This document shows, in pieces, positions 1 through 6,359 of a DNA stretch of 25,952 bases. This DNA comes from a virus. Taxonomy: Duplodnaviria; Caudoviricetes. Position numbers and translations under genes: made by a program. Each line of letters starts with the position of its first letter. Within the stretch, counting starts at the first letter, position 1. The stretch lies in the IMG/VR virus record IMGVR_UViG_3300010354_000557, positions 1 through 25,952 of that record; one strand, written 5' to 3'. Below the pieces are notes generated by a model. It did no database searches. It worked only from the letters and a program-made list of their open reading frames with translations, and was not told the DNA's origin.

Positions 1-1
1 C

Positions 2-1381
2 GACCAAGCCCACGCCCTAGAGCAACAGCTCAGCCGCCTGCGTGAGCACGCCGCCCAGCTCGGTGAGCCGGTGGTTGAGTTTGTTGATGTGGCCTCTGGC
101 ACCCGTGACGACCGGCCTGAGCTAAAGCGGTTGCTGGAGTGCTGCGAGCAAGGTCTGCTGACCACGGTGCTCTGCACGCGCATGGACCGCATGAGCCGTT
201 CCACGGTGCATGGCGGCAAGCTTCTGCGTCTGTTTAACCAAGACAGCTGGCCGAACCTGATCTGCCTGGATCAGTCGATTGATCTGTCGACAGCCATGGG
301 TCGCTTCTACGCCAACTTGCTCATGGGCATGGCGCAGATGGAATCGGAGCTAATCGGCGAGCGGGTGCATCACGGGCAGCTGTATGCCCGGAAGCAACTG
401 AAGCCCCAGGCTGGTAAACCGCCGTTTGGCTATCGGTACACCGAGGGCAAGCTCAACTACGAACTAGACCCCGAGACAGCACCGATTGGCCGGCAGATCG
501 TGACTCGCTTTTTACAGAGCGCGAGCCTCCGGGATGCCTTTGACTATCAGTACAAGGAATGCGGCCAAGCGTTTAGAAGCTTGGAAGGGCTGCGGCGTTG
601 GCTGCTGAATCCAGCGATTGCTGGCAGCCGCGTTTATGGAACCTTTCGCTGGAAGCTGGACGCTGATGGCAATAAAAGCCGGCTGCTGAACAAGCCAGGG
701 CAGGTGGAAGAGATCCACCCGCACGCGCATCCGGGACTGATCAGCCACGAGGAGCAGGTGGAGATCCAGCAGGTGATGCAGTCGTTACGGGTGCGCTCCC
801 TGGCACCGATTCGCACGCGACGCAGCCGTGTGCTGACGGGGCTGGTGTACTGCGGACATTGCCAAGGCTTGATGCACTACCACGAGCCGCGCAAGGCAGG
901 GGCGACCTATCTGCGGTGCACGCATGAGGTCTGCCCGGTTCGGCCGCATAAGGGGATCAATGAACAGACAGTGCTTGATGCCGTACTGAAACGCTTGTGG
1001 GAGAAGCGGGAGGTGCTGGCCTACGGCAGCGTGGTGGATGAACTGCGGCTGAAGCAACAGCTCAGCCCGGAGATTAAACAGCTGCAGGGTCAGATCAGTG
1101 ACCTGCGCTTGCTGGACGACGCGGACCTGGCGGAGGTGATTGGGCGCAAGGAGGAGCGCCTGAGCACCCTGCTGCAGGAGTGCGTCAGTGATGGCGGCAG
1201 CCGGTTCACGTTGGCGGATGCGTTGAACGCGCTGGATCAGCCAACGGTGTGGACAGAGATGACTAAGACGCCAGAGCAAACGCGGCGACTGGTATCGCAG
1301 TGGGTAGAGCGCGTGGTGGTGAGCGATGGAGCAGTTACAGAGGTGCGACTTAGGGCCGGGGAGAGTGCTGCCCATCCCTAG
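2..1381 (+). CDS. Large serine recombinase / phage integrase (5'-truncated by window edge)
   Basis: Frame is open from base 2 (DQAHALEQQLSRLREHAAQLGEPVVEFVDVASG...). Resolvase motifs ASG..DDRPEL, RMDRMSR and AQMESELIGER, then recombinase domain (PPFGYRY), Zn ribbon (LTGLVYCGHC...YLRC...C), coiled coil and C-terminal VERVVV. The catalytic Ser motif would lie just upstream of the window. Confidence 0.93.
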   Translation, partial: DQAHALEQQLSRLREHAAQLGEPVVEFVDVASGTRDDRPELKRLLECCEQGLLTTVLCTRMDRMSRSTVHGGKLLRLFNQDSWPNLICLDQSIDLSTAMGRFYANLLMGMAQMESELIGERVHHGQLYARKQLKPQAGKPPFGYRYTEGKLNYELDPETAPIGRQIVTRFLQSASLRDAFDYQYKECGQAFRSLEGLRRWLLNPAIAGSRVYGTFRWKLDADGNKSRLLNKPGQVEEIHPHAHPGLISHEEQVEIQQVMQSLRVRSLAPIRTRRSRVLTGLVYCGHCQGLMHYHEPRKAGATYLRCTHEVCPVRPHKGINEQTVLDAVLKRLWEKREVLAYGSVVDELRLKQQLSPEIKQLQGQISDLRLLDDADLAEVIGRKEERLSTLLQECVSDGGSRFTLADALNALDQPTVWTEMTKTPEQTRRLVSQWVERVVVSDGAVTEVRLRAGESAAHP

Positions 1382-1412
1382 GGTTAGGCTATTCGCTAGC
1401 GAAGGCTCTCTT

Positions 1413-2081
1413 TTGGATCACGACCGCTACAGCCATCCGCCGCTAGCTGCCCGGCAGCGCTTTGGTCGCACACTCACGGCCTGGTGCAATCGCAACGGCT
1501 GGATCCACAGCACGCTGCATGAGTGGGGTGAGCAGGCGGGATTTCCTGCGGTGCGGGATTCCAGCTTCAACAAGCTGCAAAACGCCAAGACCGAACAGCC
1601 GCAGCCGCTGACCTTCATCCAGTTGGCGCTGGCCAATGCGCGGGTGGCCGAGGGCGACTACAGCGGCGTGACGGACCGCCGCCTGAAGGATCGCCTCAAG
1701 GAGTCACAGCCGATCACCGATGCCAATGGTGTGCCATGGCGGGCGACGGATTTCTTTTCACACTTCATCGGCGAGCTAGAGGCGCCGGAGTGGCTGCAGC
1801 AACCAGAGCCGTTGACTCAGGATGCCGCGAAAGCATTAAGCGCTGAGCACCAAGCAAGGTTTGAGGCGCTTGCCAAGGCCAAAGGGCTCACGCCAGCGGT
1901 GGCCTGGAAGCAGTTAGAGCAGCAGTGCCAAAGCCTGAGCAACAGCCAGCGGGATCTGCTGCGCAATGTGCTGAGCGGCTGGCATGAATGGACGCCGAGC
2001 GAATGGGAGTCGTTTTGCCTGAACGGCTCCGACCCAGTAGACGAGGCGCTAGCGGCGTGGGGAGAAGCCATTGACGACTAG
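1413..2081 (+). CDS. Putative XRE/HTH-like regulator (candidate prophage repressor)
   Basis: ORF 1326..2081; TTG at 1413 avoids overlap with the integrase. N-terminal RQRFGRTLTAW...SSFNKLQNAKTEQPQPLTF resembles an XRE-type HTH. Directly follows the integrase. Start and function are inferred. Confidence 0.5.
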   Translation: MDHDRYSHPPLAARQRFGRTLTAWCNRNGWIHSTLHEWGEQAGFPAVRDSSFNKLQNAKTEQPQPLTFIQLALANARVAEGDYSGVTDRRLKDRLKESQPITDANGVPWRATDFFSHFIGELEAPEWLQQPEPLTQDAAKALSAEHQARFEALAKAKGLTPAVAWKQLEQQCQSLSNSQRDLLRNVLSGWHEWTPSEWESFCLNGSDPVDEALAAWGEAIDD

Positions 2082-2099
2082 CGTTGGCTAGCCTAGTGT
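2071..2099 (+). promoter_or_regulatory. Sigma-70-type promoter for the early operon, with a palindromic operator candidate in the spacer
   Basis: TTGACG (2071-2076), 17-nt spacer, TAGTGT (2094-2099), upstream of ATG 2143. The spacer contains CTAGC-gttg-GCTAG (2078-2091). Confidence 0.7.
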
Positions 2100-2142
2100 G
2101 CAAGGGTGCCGCAGCGACGCGGCATCCGATAACCCCGCATCC

Positions 2143-2841
2143 ATGACTGATTTCCCGCAACTTGGTGGGGTCATCACGCCTGATGACATCTCCACCAAGG
2201 GCAGCGGCTCCTATGCCGCGGACTATGTGAACTGGGCCAAGATCGCCCACCTGCTTCACGTCCATGCACCGGGCTGGCAGTTCACGCTCAGCAGCGCGCC
2301 GGATGGCGGCCACGTCTGGCGTGCCCCAGATGGCACTGGTTATGTCGTTGGTTACTTCGCCAATGGCGAGCAGGTGACGCCTGATTTCCCTCAGGCCTGC
2401 ATGGACAACCGCAACAACCCGATTCCGTTTGAACGGATCACAGCGCGCACGCTGACCGACACACACCGCCGCTGCCTCTGCACCGCTGCAGCCTTTGCCT
2501 TTGGCCTGGGCTATGAGCTGTGGGCGCGAGTCGAGGTGGAGAACCCGATGCGCGACGACAACGCTCAACCCGAAGCGGCTAGCGCTAGCAAGCCACCGGC
2601 GGCGAAAGCAGCTACCGCTCAAAAAGCACCGAGTTCGCCCAACCCGGAAAAGCTCAGTGCCGCTGAGGTGCAAGAGCTAGTCCAGGCTGTGCTCAAGGTG
2701 AGCGACGAGCGCCGCAGTCAGATCGTCCTGGCGTTTCAAGAACGCTTCAGTCTGCCGCCGGACAAGAAGGCCGCTGACTACATCAAGACCGCGGCGCACC
2801 GCGACTTCCTGATGGAGCAGCTTCATGCCGTTGCCGCCTGA
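2143..2841 (+). CDS. Sak3/DUF1071-like single-strand annealing protein
   Basis: Motifs YVNWAKIAHLL, MDNRNNPI and RRCLCTAAAFAFGLGYELW match my recollection of the Sak3/DUF1071 pattern; Ala/Pro/Lys linker then a C-terminal helical domain. ATG 2143 preferred over GTG 2098, which overlaps the -10 box. Confidence 0.72.
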   Translation: MTDFPQLGGVITPDDISTKGSGSYAADYVNWAKIAHLLHVHAPGWQFTLSSAPDGGHVWRAPDGTGYVVGYFANGEQVTPDFPQACMDNRNNPIPFERITARTLTDTHRRCLCTAAAFAFGLGYELWARVEVENPMRDDNAQPEAASASKPPAAKAATAQKAPSSPNPEKLSAAEVQELVQAVLKVSDERRSQIVLAFQERFSLPPDKKAADYIKTAAHRDFLMEQLHAVAA

Positions 2842-3058
2842 TGAGCACATCCGACTTGCTCATGCGCATGTATGCGATGCCATCCGAGCCGTTGAAGCAA
2901 CAGCAGCGGATGCTTATGCAGAAGCTGCATACAATTCACGGCTTACCTACTTCGGCAACCACTGCGCCAAACGGGCGCTGCTGCAACGGATCCGAGCCGA
3001 TCTCAACCTCTTACAGCGATCCGTATCTGCACCGGGTTTATTGGCTGCTCAGGAATAA
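2825..3058 (+). CDS. Hypothetical protein (77 aa), overlaps the next ORF in another frame
   Basis: ATG-started ORF with plausible helical composition; competes with 2841..3284. Confidence 0.4.
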   Translation: MPLPPDEHIRLAHAHVCDAIRAVEATAADAYAEAAYNSRLTYFGNHCAKRALLQRIRADLNLLQRSVSAPGLLAAQE

Positions 3059-3284
3059 CTCAGGTGCCTATCTTGCTGCACTTAGCGGCACTGTGCTGCA
3101 GTGGGAATCCTCGGCCAATGCGGTGCCGGAGCAACTTCGCTTTGTTACCCATCAACGGGTGAAGTCGTACTGGCTTCAGCTAAGGGAACTGGCTGTATTA
3201 GAGGATGAAGGGTTAGCCATAGAGCCTGTTGATTTCTATGCCCACCGACAAACCCCTTATTTATGGTGTGCCTTAAATGAGTAG
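2841..3284 (+). CDS. Hypothetical protein (147 aa)
   Basis: ATG overlaps the upstream stop (TGATG) and the end overlaps the next start; C-terminal half (YWLLRNNSGAYLA...) looks globular. Confidence 0.55.
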   Translation: MSTSDLLMRMYAMPSEPLKQQQRMLMQKLHTIHGLPTSATTAPNGRCCNGSEPISTSYSDPYLHRVYWLLRNNSGAYLAALSGTVLQWESSANAVPEQLRFVTHQRVKSYWLQLRELAVLEDEGLAIEPVDFYAHRQTPYLWCALNE

Positions 3285-3525
3285 TGCAAAACGCCGTGTA
3301 GCTGAGGCCATCATTGATGGTTTGCAGCAAGAGGAGCAGCTAGCCAGCGCTAGTACTCCAAGGCGCCGGTATGGGCGCAGCACAAGGAGCGTGGCGGTTT
3401 GCGCGCATTTATGGCCTGACGTGATGGAGCTGGTTCGTCAACACGCCAACCAGCATCAACTCACCCCAAGCGGTGCCGTGCATGACGCGCTGCGCCGTTA
3501 CTTCAAACTTCCACCCATTAACTGA
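3277..3525 (+). CDS. Ribbon-helix-helix (CopG/Arc-like) DNA-binding protein
   Basis: SVAVCAHLWPDVMELVRQHANQHQLTPSGAVHDALRRYF fits the beta strand-helix-turn-S-helix RHH pattern. Confidence 0.6.
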   Translation: MSSAKRRVAEAIIDGLQQEEQLASASTPRRRYGRSTRSVAVCAHLWPDVMELVRQHANQHQLTPSGAVHDALRRYFKLPPIN

Positions 3526-3528
3526 CTC

Positions 3529-3816
3529 ATGCCTGATTTCGCACCCGACGCCTTCACGCTTTGGTTCAACTGCAACCAAGACCAGAACACACAAGGCGCC
3601 TATTGGGCATCGTCCGATGTGCCGGTGGAAGAGATCGAGAAGCTCTACAGCTGGGCGCTAACGCAGAACCCTGTGACTAATGACAAAGGGCAGCACTGCG
3701 TACAGATCCGAGCAAACCTGCGGCCCAAGGTCAGCAAAGCCGGCAATGACTACCTGCTGCTGGCCGTGAGCGATCAAAAGCCCAAGGCTGAATCAACCAA
3801 TTCGATGCCGTTCTGA
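3529..3816 (+). CDS. Putative small ssDNA-binding protein
   Basis: 95 aa, beta-rich and aromatic, SKAGNDYL motif, ends in ...MPF like SSB C-terminal tips; same operon as the annealase. Confidence 0.45.
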   Translation: MPDFAPDAFTLWFNCNQDQNTQGAYWASSDVPVEEIEKLYSWALTQNPVTNDKGQHCVQIRANLRPKVSKAGNDYLLLAVSDQKPKAESTNSMPF

Positions 3817-3974
3817 TGAATCCCGACTGCAACCCGATTGAGCAGCAAGCCGTGCAAGACCGGCTAGAGGCTGCCTACATCGCCAGCGGCCGCGCTGACA
3901 AAAGCCATCCCATGCACAGCCTTTACACAGGACTTCTCACTCAGACCGATGACGACAACACACAAGACGCTTGA
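3816..3974 (+). CDS. Small hypothetical phage protein (52 aa; not in the ORF track)
   Basis: TGATG coupling to the upstream gene; MNPDCNPIEQQAVQDRLEAAYIASGRADKSHPMHSLYTGLLTQTDDDNTQDA. Confidence 0.7.
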   Translation: MNPDCNPIEQQAVQDRLEAAYIASGRADKSHPMHSLYTGLLTQTDDDNTQDA

Positions 3975-4113
3975 GGATCTCCTCGCTGAGTGGTGGCGTG
4001 ACAGTTACCCGCACGCCCAGCCGATCAACAACCAGACCGCTGCACTGATTGTCGCTTTTGCCGCTTGGGTACTGGCCAAGAAAGCACGGGAGGCCAACAA
4101 TGATCAAGGCTGA
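3949..4113 (+). CDS. Small hypothetical phage protein (54 aa; not in the ORF track)
   Basis: MTTTHKTLEDLLAEWWRDSYPHAQPINNQTAALIVAFAAWVLAKKAREANNDQG; fills the gap and overlaps both neighbours as in a packed operon. Confidence 0.68.
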   Translation: MTTTHKTLEDLLAEWWRDSYPHAQPINNQTAALIVAFAAWVLAKKAREANNDQG

Positions 4114-4681
4114 TCATTGGATTCGCCAGCGCTCTGAAGCCGGCATGATCCAGCCGTTTGAACGGACCCTGATCCGTCAGCTCGGCAGCCAGAAGGTGCT
4201 CAGCTACGGCTGCGGCTCCTACGGGTACGACATCCGCCTAAGCCCAGCTGATTTCCGTGTCTTTCAGCATGTGCCTGGAACGATCATGGACCCGAAGGCG
4301 TTTAACCCTGACAACCTGCGCAATGTCGAATTGCAAGGCGATTCAAGGGGTAGGTACTTTGTCCTGCCTGCCCATAGCTACGGCTTAGGTGTGGCCTTGG
4401 AAAAGCTGTGCGTACCTGAAAACGTCACGGTGATCTGCTTGGGCAAGTCCACCTATGCCCGGATGGGCGTGATTGCCAACATGACACCTGCAGAAGCTGG
4501 CTGGCGCGGGCATCTCACCCTGGAGTTTTCTAACTCCTCAGGTGCTGACTGCCGAATCTACGCCAATGAGGGAATTTGTCAGCTGCTCTTCTTTGAAGGC
4601 GACAAATGTGATATCACATATGAGAAACGGTCTGGCAAATACCAAGACCAAGACCATGGCGTAACGCTCGCCACGGTCTAA
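4100..4681 (+). CDS. dcd: dCTP deaminase
   Basis: MIKADHWI..., SYGCGSYGYDIRL, CLGKSTYARMG, TPAEAGWRGHLTLEFSN, IYANEGICQLLFF, KYQDQ; GGAGG at 4089-4093 before ATG 4100. Confidence 0.95.
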   Translation: MIKADHWIRQRSEAGMIQPFERTLIRQLGSQKVLSYGCGSYGYDIRLSPADFRVFQHVPGTIMDPKAFNPDNLRNVELQGDSRGRYFVLPAHSYGLGVALEKLCVPENVTVICLGKSTYARMGVIANMTPAEAGWRGHLTLEFSNSSGADCRIYANEGICQLLFFEGDKCDITYEKRSGKYQDQDHGVTLATV

Positions 4682-4687
4682 TCAAAA

Positions 4688-4777
4688 GGGTGGCCGGTGG
4701 CTGGTCCTCACGCGGTATCAGCCTCACCGCAGCCGGCCAGCTACGGACGCCCCGAGCCTTGATAAAGGTCGAGGCTC
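4688..4777 (+). ncRNA. Candidate structured RNA/DNA element (nested stems, possible pseudoknot, 3' hairpin)
   Basis: Pairings read by eye: 4691-4697/4733-4739, 4699-4705/4717-4723, 4712-4716/4726-4730, 4754-4763/4768-4777. Family not recognised; strand uncertain. Confidence 0.45.
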
Positions 4778-4808
4778 ACAACATAGCCATTTTTTCTCCC
4801 TTCTGCTA

Positions 4809-5795
4809 ATGGCTCAACCTGTTACTTCCGTCGACTGGATCCTCAAGCAGTCGCATCGCTATCCACTACTGACAGCTGAAGAGGAAATCATCCTGGCGCG
4901 TCATGTACAGAGCTGGTTAGCGCTTGGCGAGCTGGAGGCACCAGATAAACAGCAAAAAGCGACGATCGCTAGAGGACGGCGGGCGCGTGATCGCTTCTTT
5001 ATGTCCAACATCCGTCTAGCCGTCAAAGTCGCTGGCAAATATCACAAGTACGCTGGCACGCTCAACCTTGAGGATCTGATCCAAGAGGGCTTGATTGGCC
5101 TTGACTCGGCGATTGCTAAATTCGACCCCGAGCTTGGCTATAAATTTTCTACCTATAGCTATTGGTGGATCCGCCAAGGCATCACCCGCGCGATCAATCG
5201 TTATAGCCGCATTATCCACCTACCGATGCAGGCGAATGACGCGATCCGCAAGGCAATGGACTATATGCAACAACAGATGCGCGCCACTGGCAAAATGCCG
5301 TCGCTCAACGAGACGGCAGACTACTGCAAGGTCTCAGCCAATTATTTATCCCACTATTTGAACCATAGCGTCAATCTCGTCAGTCTCGATGAGCGGATGG
5401 CTAGTGAGCGTGGTAGCGAATACATGGATATCGTTGCTGACCCCAGCAGTATTCAGCAAGAAACAGAGGATTTCGTGCAGTTCGCTGACCAGTTGCACGA
5501 TGCGGTTGAGCAGCTCAATCCTGTACACCAGAAAGTAATCAAAGAGCGCTACTTCAACAACAAGAAGCTGCCGACGACGTACCGCTGCCTGGCTAGTGAT
5601 TTAGAGATGACGCGACAGGCGGTACAGCAGCAGCACAACCGCGCCTTGATGAATCTGCGGGTCAAACTGGCAGGCGCTGAAAAGGATGTCGCTGCAAAGC
5701 CGCCATCGAAGCACTGTGAGATGTATCAACTGCGTCTAGAACTTACTGATCCTGCAACGCTTCCCGACACTCCAACTCAGCAATGCGCCGCGTAG
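4809..5795 (+). CDS. Phage-encoded RpoD-family sigma-70 factor
   Basis: Region 1.2 YPLLTAEEEIILAR, region 2 SNIRLAVKVAGKY...EDLIQEGLIGL...KFDPELGYKFSTYSYWWIRQGITRAI, region 3 IHLP, region 4 HTH; no region 1.1. Confidence 0.93.
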   Translation: MAQPVTSVDWILKQSHRYPLLTAEEEIILARHVQSWLALGELEAPDKQQKATIARGRRARDRFFMSNIRLAVKVAGKYHKYAGTLNLEDLIQEGLIGLDSAIAKFDPELGYKFSTYSYWWIRQGITRAINRYSRIIHLPMQANDAIRKAMDYMQQQMRATGKMPSLNETADYCKVSANYLSHYLNHSVNLVSLDERMASERGSEYMDIVADPSSIQQETEDFVQFADQLHDAVEQLNPVHQKVIKERYFNNKKLPTTYRCLASDLEMTRQAVQQQHNRALMNLRVKLAGAEKDVAAKPPSKHCEMYQLRLELTDPATLPDTPTQQCAA

Positions 5796-5958
5796 CACCA
5801 CGGATGATCAGACTCTGGTGAATGGTGAGCTGCCAAAGCCTTAGGGCATGGGCCATCACTTGATCAGGCGTGCTATTGGCCAAGGCACGTCTGCCGCGTT
5901 CGAGCTCTAGATGGTGCTCTAATCCCATCTGCGGGGACATCCAATCACCCCAGGCCAT
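5743..5958 (-). CDS. Hypothetical protein (coiled-coil-like)
   Basis: ORF 5743..5979; ATG 5958 (MAWGDWMSPQMGLEHHLELE...) avoids head-to-head overlap with 5965..6177. Confidence 0.6.
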   Translation of the reverse strand: MAWGDWMSPQMGLEHHLELERGRRALANSTPDQVMAHALRLWQLTIHQSLIIRGATRRIAELECREALQDQ

Positions 5959-5964
5959 AATGAA

Positions 5965-6177
5965 ATGGGACATGCTCACTACAGCTTGCCGTTCGTGGAG
6001 CCAACTGTCGAACGGCTACTGACAGAGCAGGGCATCATTTGGCGTGTTTGTGGCTTGGGGTATTGCATTGAACATCAACAGCGTTGGCAGGCTGAGGTGA
6101 TGTATGAATGCATGCTGGTTGCTAAAGGCTTAAGCAATCAAGCGAACAACCCTAAACAGTTTGACCAAGGGGATTAA
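5965..6177 (+). CDS. Hypothetical protein
   Basis: 70-aa ORF with WRVCGLGYCIEHQQRWQA; the start may instead be GTG 5995. Confidence 0.55.
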   Translation: MGHAHYSLPFVEPTVERLLTEQGIIWRVCGLGYCIEHQQRWQAEVMYECMLVAKGLSNQANNPKQFDQGD

Positions 6178-6359
6178 GCCGCTGCTGGTGGCTCAGGGTC
6201 GTCCATTTCACGGCTTAGCCACAGCCTTGTATTGTCCTCGTCATAACTGATGTAGGTAATGCCATTGGCCATGGCCATCCATACTTTGACGCCAGTTCTG
6301 GGGCGTTCCACAGTCCATAGACCGGGCTGAATGCGGCGGCTGATGTTGGGTGTACTCAT
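6174..6359 (-). CDS. Hypothetical protein (61 aa)
   Basis: ATGA overlap with the endolysin stop; last gene of the late arm. Confidence 0.65.
   Translation of the reverse strand: MSTPNISRRIQPGLWTVERPRTGVKVWMAMANGITYISYDEDNTRLWLSREMDDPEPPAAA

Noticed and set aside
1385-2095. Inverted repeats (TAGGCTA..CGCTAG / CTAGCG..TAGCCTA) flanking the repressor-like gene as an invertible segment
   Set aside because: Short, with unequal internal spacing; better explained by the CTAGC half-site motif.
4688-4753. Resemblance to an HDV-like ribozyme (GGCCGG start, CUCACGC loop, GCUA before GGAC)
   Set aside because: I could not build the required P1-P2-P3-P1'-P4-P2' order without overlapping strands, so no family is assigned; kept only as an unassigned structured element.
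4754-4795. Hairpin plus T-run as an intrinsic terminator
   Set aside because: The T-run starts about 12 nt after the stem, too far for a canonical terminator.
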